Assembly: GCF_036321535.1 (NCBI RefSeq)
Contig: NC_087436.1
Coordinates: 19,408,001 to 19,472,000, forward strand
DNA length: 64,000 nt
Reading direction: 5' to 3'
Origin: Camelus dromedarius
Lineage: Eukaryota
A model generated the notes under the pieces. The model was given only the letters and a program-made list of their open reading frames with translations. It was not told where the DNA came from and did no database searches. Position 1 is the stretch's first letter. The number at the start of each line of letters is the position of its first letter. The translations under genes were made by a program, and so were the position numbers. Below, piece by piece: positions 38,811 through 52,890 of this stretch.

Positions 38811-40949
38811 AGTCAGCTTTTTCTTTTCTGCTTATGGAATGCTATTTTAAAGAAAAAGTAAAGTAAAAGAAAGTAAGTCATTTCATTATAAATTCCTGGG
38901 TCAGAAACAGGTCTTGTCTCCTGATCTTGTAGAATATTAAGGCCCTCTCATTTAAGACCCTGCGAGCTTGATCTAGAGGGAAGAATGAAATGTGGTTTGG
39001 TTAATGAAACCTCTTAGAAGGCAGTTTTTAAACTGTGAAGAAGGAAGGTTAAGTGGGAGCCAAGTGGGGCCATTTCCAGGGGTTCTGGAGGTGAAACAAT
39101 TTGTTTTTTGCACTTGTATCCATGCTTTTGCTCCTTTTAGTCTCATTTCTAATCCCTTAGGTTCCATAATTAAGTCTTCAGAACTATAAATTTTTATTAA
39201 ACATCTTTTTTGGACTCCAATTTGCATTTCAGATAATATAACAAAATGTATGTGTTTCAAGGATTCACTGCATAATTGTGATTAGAACATGTAATCCCTC
39301 AAAAGATGTTAATTGCAATTTAAATTCACACTGAATTTAATTAAGTGAGTTGGGGATTAGAAAGTAGATGTAAGGAATAGTTAAGGGAATACATTTTTAA
39401 AAAGCATCCACATTCTTTTTCTAAAAAATGTAAACCTCTTTCAAATTTAAAACTAGAAAGATGAGAGCAATACAGAAGAGACGTGGGGGAAGCAGGTTAA
39501 AGGACACGTCAGGAAAATCTTAAAACTATGTTCACAATTTGGATCTTTAAGCTAATTGTGGTTAAAGAAAGAGGGCTGGTCTGAGTAAACATCCCGTTTA
39601 TATTCTTACAGAGTTTTTCAGTACATGTTAACTTACTTGGTGTCTGATAAAGTCTTCAGTTAAACTGAGATCTTTAAGAGCTTCAGAGAATGATTGGGAA
39701 GGAAACAGAAACAGAGGTCTTTCAATCCAACTGTTACCTGACGCTTGTCTTCCTTACAATATTCTGGCCAAGGGGGTGTGTTATAAATAATTAGGTGTCA
39801 TAGACACTTTGTGCTTAGACAGTTCATATTTAAGCAGTGCTTTTCTCTGATAACGTCCTTGTGTTCATGGAAATAAAGAGTAGCACTGGAAGAAAAACAA
39901 ATTCCGTATTTTTTCCTAATTTCTATAGAATATTAAAATTTGAGATTTAAGGTCTTATAAAGGTGTTGAGCAGCATACCTTTCAGTGATTGGGAGAAAGA
40001 AGTGTTTAAATTAATTACTTGATTTTGAATCTGAAAAACAGCTTTTCAAAAGGAACAGTTATTCAAAAGGAATAACATTGTGCCTCATTTTATTCTTAAA
40101 ATTTCCCAGGAACACATTTTAAATCAAGAATTTGTTTTGAGATGATCTAAACACAATTTTAAATTCAAAGGTATTATTCCTATTTTTAGGTCAATTCTTT
40201 ATTTTCACATGTGTCTAAAAGAGAAAATATTTATTTCATAAACATGTTTTGAATGAGTTATACCATAATGCAATACACAAACCACGGTGTGTGCATGTCT
40301 TACACACTACCTAATATTTTATTAGATTCTATAAACATAAAAAAAAATTTCAAAGGCTTTTAAATTGTCTCATAGTAGAAATATTTCATGTGAAAATTCA
40401 GGTGGGAAACTCTGTCTTTGTTTCATAAGAAGTTGAGCATCCTTAAAAAAGAATCCGAAATCTAACTTTGCATCTGGAACAGAGTTCTTTGACTTTATCT
40501 GTGCTATTGTAGGAAGTATTTAAGGGAATACATTTTTTACGTGAGTAAATAATAAACCCTGTTTTAAAGGAAATAAAAACTCTTTTTACCGAAGGTACTA
40601 TTTGTGAGTTTAAGTATTTAAACCTTCATCCATTTTGCTTGTAACCTAAAATCATCCTACATAAATGTCTTAATTTTTTTGTGATTTAATTTCCCCAAAT
40701 GACTACTTTGATAATGGCTGTGATGGATTCTTTGTCTAATAAAACAAAAGTATCGTTAGTCTCAGTGAAATGACTTTTCTTTTGGGTTTGATTCACATTG
40801 TCACATAAACATAATTTTTGACCAATGGTATATCAAAGGAAAGGCTTACTATTCTAAAGCACCCTGTATTGTGGCATCTCAAAGTCACATACAATATTCC
40901 AAAATGACTATATGAAATTTTATATTCTTGTACTGTTTAAAAATTCTTA

Positions 40950-41520
40950 ATAACTTGCTTTTTTCTTATTAAAAAAGCAGTATTATTCCTAGTGGATAAT
41001 CTAAAAAATGTAGGTAAACAAAACAAAGAAATACTATAATCCCACTATCTGATACCAATAGAGATGTTTTAATGTGTATCTTCCTGACCTTTTTATCTGT
41101 ACATATGTGTGATAAAATTAGATCATATAATACATACTATTTTATAATCCTATTTGTCCACTTAACAATGCATTGTGAACATGTCTACATGTTTTGCAAC
41201 TATGGTTCTACAACACTCTTTTTAAGACAACTGACCGTTCTCATGTATGGATGTGCAGTGATTTATTTTAGCCCGGGATAATTTTTGCTATTAAAAAATA
41301 ATGTTAATATGAAGATTCTTTTAATAATTTTTTCTTGGATCTGTACTATTTTCTTAGATAAGTTTTTAAAAGTGGAATTCCTGGATCAAGGGGTAGACAT
41401 GGACGTTTTGAAAGTTTTGTTACTGACTTGCTGCGCAGAAAGTTTATAAAGGATGCAAAGGCGTCTTTCCCGGAACTCCTATCAAACAACAGCATTACTA
41501 TTTTTTAAAATCTTGGCTCA
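40950..41520 (-). mobile_element. Old L1 (L1ME-like) 3' fragment
   Basis: tataatcccactatc, ccacttaacaatgcattgtgaacatgtc, aaagtggaattcctggatcaagggg. Confidence 0.55.
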
Positions 41521-42786
41521 TTTTGACATTTTCTCCCCACACTACTTTTCTTTTCTCTTCTCAGTGCAAGTTGGTCCATGTTGTAAAGATGAGGAGTCCG
41601 TGTAATATTTTATAGAAGTGTGTATTTAATAAATATTTTAATTTCACCCTTCCCAGTTCCCTCCCAATTTCTACTGCTCATATTTTAGAGTAAAATCTCA
41701 AGGGCAACATTTAAAAAGTTGCTCTATTTCTCTATTTTACTTCGCCCAAAAGAAATGACACAGTGTAGTTGCTCAATGCGTTGTTTAACTAGGTCTCTAA
41801 CCATGTTATAAATGGTGCCTGTAGAAGGATCAGGGGACAAGACCTTTAAACTATTTTTTTTTTTTAATCACATCTTTAGATCTCGGAGAATCTGAACTTA
41901 TATAAGAATGTTTGGGCTGCTGTTATTACAGTGAAACCTTCTGAGAGTATCTTCTCAGGTAATTTTTTTTTAGAGAAAGTCACTTACAGATATAAAACGT
42001 TTGACCAGAAGAAAGCCTCAGGTTGTCAGAGTTACTTATACACCGTTGTTCAGCTGGGCCTCTTTATTAAATCATCTCTTGGCAGTCCATTAGTTGTGGT
42101 GCTACAGCTATTGCATGGGCCACTAAGCTAATATACCTTCAATCACTAACAGAAGGATAACCTTAATAAAAATTTGAAGTCGATTTAGTGCTTCACTGCT
42201 TGCTGACTAGTGTTTTACGTTTTAGTGTGTCTATATAACATCCATCCCCTGTATTTTTGATATTCACATATATCTTACCTGCATAATATATTGGAGTCAA
42301 ATAAAGATTAATGGCCTAGAGAAGGAGGAGTGTTTGGGAGCCTTTGTAATCCTGACTTAGCTGCTGCCCAAAGCTGTGTGATCTTGAGCAAGTCACTTCC
42401 CACGCTGGGCTTCTGTCCAACCCTTATATGTAAAATTTAGGAAGTTGGGAAGATGTCGGCTGCTATTTCTTTCTGCATTTCTCTTATATTTGTGGAGAAT
42501 TTAAATTATATTCTGTTGAGTGTAACACATTGAAACTTTTTTTAGCCTCAGATGTACTTTGTAGGAAATAAAAAGAATTACTCTATTCTGCCCGTCCATA
42601 AAAGTTTGAGTAACTAGAATAAGAGAAGATCCACATTATTCAATGGTAAATGATATAGAAGAAAGCTCACTTAAAGTTAGTTAGCTTTAAAGAAAGAATT
42701 AGCATTTAGTATTAATTACTGAAAGATATATTTAATTCGTTTTTATTTTTTAAAAAGTGAAACTGTAAATTATGGAAATAAGCTTT

Positions 42787-42924
42787 CTTTTGGTTTTTGT
42801 TTTACGAGGGGGAGGTAATTAGGTTTTTTTATTTAATTTATATTTGGAGGAGGTTCTGGGGATTGAATCCAGGACCTCGTGCATGCTAATCATGCACTCT
42901 ACCACTTGAGCTATACCCTCCCCC
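42787..42924 (-). mobile_element. tRNA-Ala-derived camelid SINE (long-tail form)
   Basis: Minus strand ggggagggtatagctcaagtggtagagtgcatgattagcatgcacgaggtcctggattcaatcccc. 14-bp TSD tggaaa(t/g)aagcttt at 42773-42786 and 42925-42938. Confidence 0.9.
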
Positions 42925-43639
42925 TGGAAAGAAGCTTTTTTAATTCACTGAACAAAATTCAGGTTATATGATAACTGTCTGCTAATTCTTTGAGTGAAGA
43001 AAGAATTATGTTGTTTTGGAGGGTGAGGAGCGGTGTAATTTTCCCAAGGAATTTGTAAAATAATGACATCATGTCACATCTTTTCCTCCTATTTATTTTT
43101 GCAACACAGTCATAAAGATACATATTTGCCAAAAAAGAAAATTGAGCCTTCATCAATTTTCACAGATGCTCTCATTTAAAAAAATATTTTGATTACTCTC
43201 CTTTTAGGTATCTATCTTGTCATTTACTTTTTTCTCATCTGTCATTGATTTTGTTCTGATTTCACTGACTAATGAAATCCTGTATCTTCTTTAGGACTCG
43301 CAATCATATTTAGCAACCTATTCACATTTTATCTGTGTTATATTGTCAGGTGTTTAAAGTATTGTACAATTGATGAGAATAAACCAACCAAAGCTGCAGT
43401 ACAGAGATAGATATTATTGTGAAGCAGCTGGGGTGTGAGTGTTGAAAGGGAAAATATTTTCTTGAGACTCACTTAGAAATGATCAGTTCATTAGTGAACC
43501 TCCCCCTGCTATGATGTCACTTGCTTCCATGTACAACCTGAATTCTTTTGGGACTTGGAGAATGAATACTTGCATGATGAAGACTTGCGGGGCCTCATGT
43601 ACATGAGTCTTTATATGGTTATAGAATACCCAGGAGGTT

Positions 43640-43780
43640 TGTATTTGCCATCTCATTTATCTTCACAAAAATTCTATGAAGTGGGTGTTTTGATTCCCAT
43701 CTAATAAAATGAAGAATCTGAGATTTAGAGTTTTCATAGCTGTGTCTATGATTGAGTAGTTCTGAGACTAAGTCTTCTGA
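43640..43780 (-). mobile_element. MIR SINE
   Basis: atctcatttatcttcacaaaaattctatgaagtgggt...gattcccatc...atgaagaatctgag. Confidence 0.7.
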
Positions 43781-44322
43781 CTTTGTTATTATTCCTTTTT
43801 CTAGTTTTTCACGGATGTCTCTGTGATGATTTCAAATTAAAATAGTTAATTAACATGAAGTTTTTATCTTTAAAAAGATGTAAAACAAGGGTATCTTTTT
43901 AAAATTTATTTTTATTTTGTACATTTTTAAAGGGTATTTTTTTAGAATGTCAGTAAGCCCACAGAGTCCTTCAGTATTCACATTCTGTTTATGTTGAAAA
44001 TAATGACTTAGAAAGATATTTTTTTACAAATTACAGGCAGAGCTCTGAAGCTTCAGTTTTTATAGGTAGTAGGTAGTGGCAGTAATTCTGTGGTTTTGAT
44101 TAGTGTTTATTTTTATTAAGTAAAGATTTATTAATATTTATTTATTGAAATTTCTGTTAACTTCAAAACCACGTAAATATGAAAAAGCTAAATCATAATG
44201 ACATCTAGTTATTTTTTCTACTTTGTTTACTTTAAAAATGTGTATAAATTTACAAAGCCAGGTTTATGAATATATAATTTTCAGATAGTAAAATTCATGA
44301 TAGCAAAATTCACCCTTTTAAA

Positions 44323-44602
44323 AAAATTTAGTATAGTTGATTTACAATATTGTGTTAGTTTCAGGTGTACAGCAAAGTGATTCAGTTATACATACATATT
44401 TTTTCAGATTCTTTTCCATTATACATTATTACCAGACACTGAATACAGTTCCCTGTGCTATACAATAGAGGGGAGGGTATAGCTCAGCGGTAAGAGTGCA
44501 TGCCTAGCATGAACGAGGTCCTGGGTTCAATTCCTAGTACTGCTGTTTAATAAATAAATAAATAAATGAAATAAAAATATACAGTAGGACCTTGTTTATC
44601 TA
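44323..44602 (-). mobile_element. Short younger L1 3' end nested in the old L1
   Basis: Same family as the 20951 and 36652 copies. Perfect 13-bp TSD tcacccttttaaa at 44310-44322 and 44603-44615. Confidence 0.85.
44469..44577 (+). mobile_element. tRNA-Ala-derived camelid SINE nested in the short L1
   Basis: ggggagggtatagctcagcggtaagagtgcatgcctagcatgaacgaggtcctgggttcaattcc plus (AAAT)n. TSD tataca(a/g)tag at 44459-44468 and 44578-44587. Confidence 0.9.
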
Positions 44603-47297
44603 TCACCCTTTTAAAGTATGGAATTTGATTAGTTTTATAAAATACATGAAGTTGTGAAGATCATTGCTATAATGCTAAAAAATTCTTTTGTGCCTCTTTT
44701 CCTTTTCCTACCTGCAGTCGCTGACAGCTAGTGATCTGAATTCTGTCTGTATAGTTTAGCCTTTTCCAGAATGTCGTATCAATGGACTCATACAGTACAT
44801 AGCTTTTTGTCTCTGGCTGCATTTACTCAGCACAGTGCTTCTGAATTTCATCCATGTTGTTGCATATATCAGTAGTTCATTCCGTTTTGTTGCTAAGTAG
44901 TATCATCTTGTATGGATATATCATATGTTTATTCACCAGTTGATGGACAGTTGGGTAATTTCCAATTTTGAACTATTATAAGTAAAGCTGCTCTGAATAT
45001 TTGAGCACAAGTTTTCGTATGGACCCATTAATATCTGTCTCTTAGATAAGTAAATACCCAGAAGAGGGATGGCTGGGCCATATAGTAAGTATATGTATGA
45101 TTTAAAAAGAAACTGCTAAACTTCTTCCACAGTGTCTGTATCATTTTGGATTCATTCCAGCAATATATGAGACTTTTATTTGGTCCACATCCTAACCAGC
45201 ACAGAACTATAAAGCTTTTTTTAAAAAAAAGTTTTAGCTCTTTTAGTAGGTATATAGTGATATCTCATTATGATTTTTATTTACACATCTCTACTAACTA
45301 ATGATGTTGAACATCTTTTCTTTTGTTGGTATGTTATCCATATTGCTTCTTTAGTGAAGTGTTTGTTCAAGTCATTAGTCCACCTTTTTATGGGATTGTC
45401 TTCTTATTAGTTAGTTGTAAGTATATTTAAAATATACTCTACCTGTAAGTCCTTTATTAGATATGTGTTTTGTAAATATATTTTCCCAATATGTAGCTTG
45501 CTTTTTCATTTTCTTAACAGTGCCTTTTTGAAGGAAAAAAGTTTTAAATTGTGATAAAGTCCAATTTATCATCTTTTAAAAATTTTATGATTTTTATATC
45601 CTGTCTGAGAAATGTTGTCCTAACCCAAAGTCACAAAGATTTTTCTCTATGTTGTCTTCTAGAAGTTTTATAGATTTAGCTCCTATGTTTAGCTCTACCA
45701 TCCATTCCAATGTTTTATATATGGTGTGAGGTAAGGGTCAGAGTTCTGGCTTTTTGTTTGCTTGTTTGTTTTGCATAGAGATGTCAGTTATCACTTACTA
45801 AAAAGATTATTCTTTCCCCTTTGAATTACGGTAGCACCCTCATCAAAAATCAACTTATCATATCTATATAGATCTATTTCTGGACTTTCTGTTCTGTTCC
45901 ATTGATGTATGTATCTGTCCTTAAGCTAATACCACACTATCTTGTATAATACAGCTTTATATTGTGTTGAAATCAAGTAGTGTCAGTCTTCTGACTTTTT
46001 TCTTTTTTCCAAGAGGAAGATTTCCAAGTAAATTTTAGTCATCTTGTCATTTTCTTCTAAAAATTCTGCAGGGATTTTGGTTGGAATTACTTTAAATATA
46101 TAGGTCAGTCTGGGGAAATTTGACATCTTAATAATTGAGGATTCTAATACATATCTTTCTATTTAGGACTTTACATATTTCTCTGTAGGAGAACTTCATG
46201 ATCTTGATGTACTATTGTAAATGGCATTTTTATTAATTCCAATTTTAAATTAGTCAATATAATTGCCAGTATACATAGAAATTCATTGATTTTATATACC
46301 TTGTATTCTTCAACATTGCTAAACTTATTATTTCTTGAAGGTTTTTTGTTGTTGTTGTTGAGATTTTCTAGGATCACATAATTTGTGAAAAAGCGGGTTT
46401 ATTTCTTCTTTTCCAATTTCTTTGCATTTTATTTCTTTTTCTTGCATTATTGCATAGCTAGCACTTTCAGGCCAATGTTGGGTAGAAGTATAGTCTAAGT
46501 AGACTTACTGGATTCCCGATTTTAAAAGGAAAGCATTCAGTCTTTTCCCATTAAATGTGATATTATCTGTTTGTTTTCTGATAAAGATGCCCTTTATGAT
46601 TTGGAGGAAATTCTTTTCAATTCTTATTTCCTGAGAGTTTTTTTTTAAATCATAAATGTATGTGGACTTTTGTCAAATACTTTTTCTCTGTCTACTAGTT
46701 TTCATCACATGTTTTTTCTTTTACTCTGATGATGAGGTGAATTTCCTCAATTGCTTTCAAATACTAAACCAACTTTGCATTCCTAGAATAAACCCCACTT
46801 GGTCATGATGTGTTATCTTTTTTGTATATTATTGGATTTAATTAGCTCAAATGTTGTAAGTTTTGTGTCTGCCTATATGCATGAGGATTATTGTTCTGCA
46901 GTTCTTTTATGATATTTTGATTTGGTTTTGGTTTCATAAAATGATTTTCCCTTCCCTTGTGTTTTCTCGGTCAGGTTTTACAGAATTAATATTATTTCTT
47001 CTTTAAATGTTTGGTTGAATTTACCAGTGAAGCCATTTGTTCTCAGAGATTTGTGGGAAAATTTTTAAACATACACTGAATGTCTTTAATATATAATAGG
47101 CTATTTAGGTTATTTATTTCCTCTTGAGAGAGCTTTGGTAATTTGTGTTTTTTAAGGAATTTGTCTCTTTCATCTAAGTTGTCAAGTTTGGGGAGCATAG
47201 TGTTGTTTACATTATTCTTACTCTTTAAGTATCTGAAGGATGCTCCTTCTTTCATTCTTGATATTGATTATTTCTATCTTCTTTTTTTCTCCTGGAG

Positions 47298-48328
47298 CAA
47301 AGATGGACAATTTATTGTTTGCAGGCTAAATCAGGCTTGCAGCATGTTGTGTATAGTAAATGACTGAAGAATGCTTTGTACATTTTTTAATGGTTAGAAA
47401 AAAAATCAAGAGAAAATATAATTTCATGACACATGAAATGAAACGAACATCAAATTTTAGTATGCAGAGATGAAGTTTTGTTGGAACACAACCACAATCA
47501 TTATCTTGTACATTATCTATGGCTGCTTTTGTGTTATAGCAGCAGAGTTAAGAATTTGTGACCATATGGGCTACAAAGCCTAAAATATTTATTATGTTGC
47601 TGTGGTATAATAAAAAATATATGTAATCTTTGTCCCAGGTTCTTGGCACAGGGCTTCAAAAACCCTTGGAATTTCCCATGGGATTGGAGTGTCTCTGATG
47701 GGCCACTGGATAACTTCAGGATGGGGGCTGGTCATCAGAAAGACCAAACATGTGATTAGAGTGTTGGAACTTTTAGCCACTCGACCTCCCGGGAAGGAGA
47801 GGGGGCTGGAGATTGAATTCAGTCACACAGCCAATGATTTAATCAACCAGGCCTACATTACAAAACTCAAATTAAAAATTCTGGACACTGAAGCTCAGTG
47901 ACGCTTCCTGGTTGGTGAACACATTGATGTGCGGAAAGAGTAATGTGCTCTGGCTCCACGGGGACCCGGCACAGAAGCACAGCCCTCGCTCTGTATGTAT
48001 CCCTTCTATAAACCTGTAGTCATGAGTCTAGCACTTTCATTTAGACTGATGAGTTGTTCTATTGAATTATTGAACCAAAGGGGGTCATGGGGACCCCTGA
48101 ATTTGTAGCCGGTTGATCAGAAGTGCTGGTGGCCTGGGGACTCCTGAAGTTCAGCTGCCCATCTGAAGTGGGGGAGGTCTTGTGGAGGACTGAGCCTTTA
48201 GCATGTGCTGTCTGCCATACTCCACGTGGTTAGTGTTGGAATTATACTGCAGTATGCTCAGTTGTGTTTGACCAGTTGGGTTGAAATGGAACAGTGATCT
48301 TTTACAGAAAAAGTGTGCCAATCCCTGT
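47298..48328 (+). mobile_element. MER58B-like hAT-Charlie MITE, split by an LTR
   Basis: gttttgttggaacacaaccac...tctatggctgcttttgtg...caaagcctaaaatattta, then the LTR, then ctttttacagaaaaagtgtgccaatccctg. Confidence 0.8.
47595..48293 (+). mobile_element. MER21-like solo LTR
   Basis: tataataaaaaatatatg...ttcttggcacagggcttcaaaaacccttggaatttcc...ggagagggggctggagattgaattcagtcac...gcttcctggttggtgaacac. Confidence 0.8.
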
Positions 48329-48514
48329 TCTAAAAGTGTATTAGTTTTATTGACCTTCCCCACAAAGAGCAAGCTTCTGATTTCATTGATCTCTGTTGTC
48401 TTTCTGGTTTTGATTTCATTTGTATCTGCTCACATCTTTATTTAATTTCTTTCCCGTGCTTATTTTGTGTTTAATTTGCTCTTCTATTTCTAATTTTTAT
48501 GCCTTTGGAATTAT

Positions 48515-48670
48515 GTCATCTCTTCCCATCTTGGTGTTCAGTGACATCAGGTTTGCAGCTTGAAATTGGCCATGGTGGGAGCATTTACAGCACAAAAGTC
48601 AGCAAATATTGCAAACTGGTGATTCTCCCCTCATCCTGAGAGCCATTGGTTAAACTTACCAGCATACTAG
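48515..48670 (+). mobile_element. MER63-like hAT-Blackjack fragment
   Basis: catctcttccca...gttcagtgacatca...gcttgaaattggccatggtgggagcatttac...gagagccattggttaaac..accagca. Confidence 0.7.
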
Positions 48671-50169
48671 TAATAGCAATAACACAGCTCTTTTTTAATC
48701 CTCTCAGGGGACCTAACATAAAAAGATGATCTCACAAGTTAATTCAGAAAAGGGAAAGGCTTGCTAGTGAAAAATGTGATTTAAAATACAGATTTTAAAT
48801 TTAAAATTCTAAAAGATTATGTAGTCTCTGATCCTGAAGACATGAGGAATAGGCTAGGTCGGTCCCATTTGTTAGTGGTTTCAGTGTGGTCCTCTTTGAT
48901 GGAAAGTGCTATGATTAGGTGATCTGCAGAAGTCCATTGTAGTGCTGTGAATCCATGGTAAGTTATTTCCCAGAAGATGATAGGAAAGCTATTTTATTGC
49001 TAATGAAAAGCTGATGAGAGAATTATTGCTAAGGGATTGATCCATTGCCCTTTTAAGAAGCTCTGAGATTCCCAGACCTAATGGATGGAAAAGAGCAGAA
49101 ATAACAGAGTTTGGTAGCTAGAGTCTAAAATTTGTAAGAAACAGTAGATGGTTTGACATAGGTTGTCACTTACGTTTTGTGGATGCCTTTCTAAGCAAAG
49201 CATTAGGGGAATTCTTGGCCGATTTCTCTGTTGGTGTGCTGAGCAGCTTAGTTCACGTGTTGGCATTAAAGAGAGCGTCCATTAATTGATCAGAAAAGTC
49301 CTTTTTGTGGGAGGTATTGAAAAAGCCCACTTTACAAGAAATTTTAGTATTTAATTTCTGTGCTGCCATAACTTTGATTCTATTGATCTTATATTATAGC
49401 CATTATGATGTCCATCTTCCAGCCTGATCACTGTGAGCAGGTATTCTGTGGTATTTATTTTTGTATTCTCAGTGCTTAGCATAATAAATTGCTTAATAAA
49501 TTTACATTGAATGAATGAACAATTAAAGGAACATTTATTCTATTCCTTTTTGGCAGGACATAGGAAACTCCAAAGATTAAGGACAATTGAACTTCAGGAC
49601 TATTGAGAAAATTGGCTTTTAAAAAAAGACGTAATGTCAAGTAGTGTGTAATATTTCAAATAAGCTATGTTCAGCTTCATCTTAGATATTTGTAAGTTCT
49701 TAATAAGCTATTAATAAAAAATAATGTATATTTTCAAGTTAATAGTTGATATTCTGACCACAGATATTATAACCACAGTTCGTTCCTCTGAGTATTCAGC
49801 ATTAATATAACAAGACTAGGTAGTTTCTTGGTATTATCCTCAGTTTCATTGTTTTTAGTCAGACATTGATTGAGCGCCCCATTTCATTATTCAAGGTTTG
49901 CCTAAAGATTAAAGTGAGAACCTCTAAAATGTTAGTCGTACTTAACATGTAACATTTATTGTATACTTTTTTCTAATAAATACGTAATCAGTACAAAAAC
50001 CTGAAAAAGCTGGGAAAAGCACAAAGGAAAAAATATCCGTAATCCTATCACTCCAACATAGCCACTATTAATGGTTTGGTGTCTGTTCTTTTTACGTTAT
50101 AAATCTACAAATATCTGTTAAAAACAAAATGTAAAATAGGCAGTGTGAGTGTTACAGAGAGGGTACAGG

Positions 50170-50310
50170 GAACATCTGGAGATGAGTTCTATTCTGGCTT
50201 TGTCACTAGCCAGTATGACCTTGGGGAAGAGCCTTTATCTCTCTAGAGTTCTGTTTCTTCATTTATAAATGGATTGTCAGAGTATCTAAGGGCCCTTTCT
50301 TACTTGAAAG
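50170..50310 (+). mobile_element. MIR SINE
   Basis: gagttctattctggctttgtcactagccagtatgaccttgggga...tctgtttcttcatttataaat. Confidence 0.75.
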
Positions 50311-52569
50311 TTCTGATTTCATTGAAATCTAACACCTTTGAAGACAGATTTCAGGAGGGTGAAATTGAAGGTGTTTAAGTCCATATTCATCTTAATTATG
50401 AGGCAGATTTAAAAATCTTGAACTGATATAAATATTTCTTGCTAATATCATTAGGTTTTATTATTATGCAGCAGTTATACTTAAAGTAGCGAACTTCTCT
50501 TGGAACAAGAACCACAATCTGAATCTCAGATGAAGGTATTTGAGCTGATAAATACGTTTTTAGGAAAATGTTAAAATAATTCTCATAAACCTTTAGGTAT
50601 GTGACCAGAAGTAAGAAATACGGTATCACCCCTATTTTAAGTACATGGTATTTTATCAAAAAAGCATACCAAGGAGAAAATCAAAGCAACTATTCTACTT
50701 GATTCTTTTTGCACCTCAAGAAAATTGATTTTGTCTTCCCTTCCCTACTCCACGCGTACTGTAAAAATGGAGATTGGTATGCAAGCACTATTGCATATTA
50801 TGCACCAAAGCTTTAAAAGTGTTCGAAGGTGCCTGGTTTATCGTAGAAGGGTCAGTTTTTCACATTAAACAATCTTTGTTGAACAGTTAAGATGTCCTTT
50901 TACTTTTACCATTTCTTAGTAGGATTTTTTGTATGCATTTTAACGGTTATTTAAGAGTCCCCATGTGCTTAGAAAGGAATCTGAATATATGTGCCATTTT
51001 TTTTTTTTAAAACCTCAGCACAATGTAGGTTATTCCATCAATACCATCAAATGACTGGGAGCTGTAGTTGGAACAATATGTAAAAATACAGCTTGTGAAA
51101 GATTTCCTTTATTAACTGTCATCATGCGCAGAATATATGTTCAAATAAACGTTGTGTAATAACTAAATTTGAGATTAATAGGCCCCTTAAGAAACAGCGA
51201 AGTCATTCAGAATAGTCAGTGAAAAATAGGCTGTAAGACTGTACCGTGCACATATTGTCCTGCTTACACGCTCTCTCTGGTGTCATTCCCATTTATCACT
51301 GTCGGCGGGCTCTGTTCTCATTAAAACACTCTTGCACAAAAGCAACTTAATTTTCTTAAGAGGAGAGGACACCGGATTCAATTTAGCACCCAGAAACAGT
51401 AACTTGAATATATTTTTTCCTTGTCTGAATTGAGATGAATAGTTACAAACAAAAATAGCCACCACTCGCCCCTTCACCTCAAGATTAAGGATGTTAAATA
51501 ATTTTTTCCATTTATATCAAGAAATGGACCTGTAGAAACAGGCGAGAAATGTAGCTTACTCTCAGAAAAGCAGTTTGATGGCATTTGCTCGTAACGTGCT
51601 TACATATGAACTTCTCTTCATTCCTGTAACGTTTTTAAAGCAGAGAATTAAAGTGGTCCTTAAGATGGTGAATTTTAATGGTATATTCAATAATCTTTTT
51701 TTAAATTGGCGAATGCCTTGTAGCAGTTCTGTAGTCTTCATTTACATATATTTGTTGAGAAGAAATATTCAGCAGTCATTTTAAAACAATATTCTACTTT
51801 TTAGCCATTGCTGCTTTAAAAATACAATCACATAAATAATGGAATCAAATGAAGAATGCCCCTTTAAGGTTGAGCATAGTATATAAGCTTGCATTTTAAC
51901 TGACGTCATATATTTATTTTTGTGTGGCATGGGTCAATAATACCTAAATGTAATATAGAAATGTATAACTCAAATTTTACTTCTTATGAGATTTATACAG
52001 TGAAAATAGTGGGAATTAAGTAGTCAGTACTAAAATGTCCTAGCAATTAAGGTGCTTATCAGCCAATTATGATTTTTAAAACAAACAGAATAAGCTTTTC
52101 TTAATTCTTTTTTTTTTTTTTTTGGCTTTTCTATAGCATTGTGCAAAATACCTTACAAGTAAAAAATAAATATTTTGTGTCTCCTTATTTAATTGGAGAC
52201 TAAAGATTGGAATTCAGTCTTTGATGTCTTTATGCTTTTTTCAAACTGAATCTGTGCATAGAAAAGGAATAAATATTAGAGCTAGTTCTTCTTCTTGTGA
52301 ATCAGAGGCAGGAGTGATATAAATTCATATAGTTGAGGAATTTTTCCATGGTGGGATAATGCAGCTTTGATCTCCAACAACAGTCCCCAATAGTCAGTTT
52401 TCTTTTCCTTGTGTTTTCATGTGTTATGCCATATGCAATCGGAGCATGAGATTATGCGAAGTGAAATTTAACAGCCTACTCAAGTTTATATTTTAGAGGA
52501 AGCGCTTTTCACTTATCTGACTTGCCTCATTCGTCCTTTATTATTTAGTCCTTTGTTTAGGAACATGAT

Positions 52570-52890
52570 TGTATCAGTTAGGCTTCAAGTAACAGAAAAT
52601 CAGACTAAAAGTAGCTTAAATAAGCAGGGACTATTTTTCTCATATACGGAGATGCCTGGAGGTGGAGGTGGAGTTGGCTGGCATTTGTTCTGTGGCTGAA
52701 TGATATTAGGGTGGTTCTCTCTGCACCGCTCTTGGCCTGTCTCTCCTGGATATAAGGCCGCTTTCACTGCTCCAGGTGGAGCGAAGGGAAGAAGGGCGGT
52801 GCCAGAATCTCATCTCCCTAACCCCGCCACCATCAAGCGGAAACCACTGTATATCTCATTGGCCAGAACTTTGTTACTTGGCAACCCTAG
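52570..52890 (-). mobile_element. MLT1-type LTR fragment
   Basis: tgtatcagttagg...aagtaacagaaaatcagactaaaagtagcttaaataag...atctcattggccagaact. Confidence 0.7.

Larger units (their letters stand above)
44270..48500 (-). mobile_element. Old L1 (about 3 kb of 3'UTR and ORF2 remnants) interrupted by younger insertions
   Basis: Continuous antisense L1 motifs. The minus ORF at 47043-47255 (KLDNLDERDKFLKKHKLPKLSQEEINNLNS) matches L1 ORF2. L1 sequence resumes at about 48335 after the MER58/MER21 block. Confidence 0.88.

Noticed and set aside
41948..41964. tatcttctcAG|GTAATT as a recursive splice site (similar at about 50590)
   Set aside because: The pyrimidine tracts are short, and such AGGT matches are expected by chance in 52 kb.
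44469..44545. tRNA-Ala-like sequences (also at 25790, 28990, 42850 and 54024)
   Set aside because: They have A-rich tails, target-site duplications and broken stems, so they are SINEs rather than tRNA genes.
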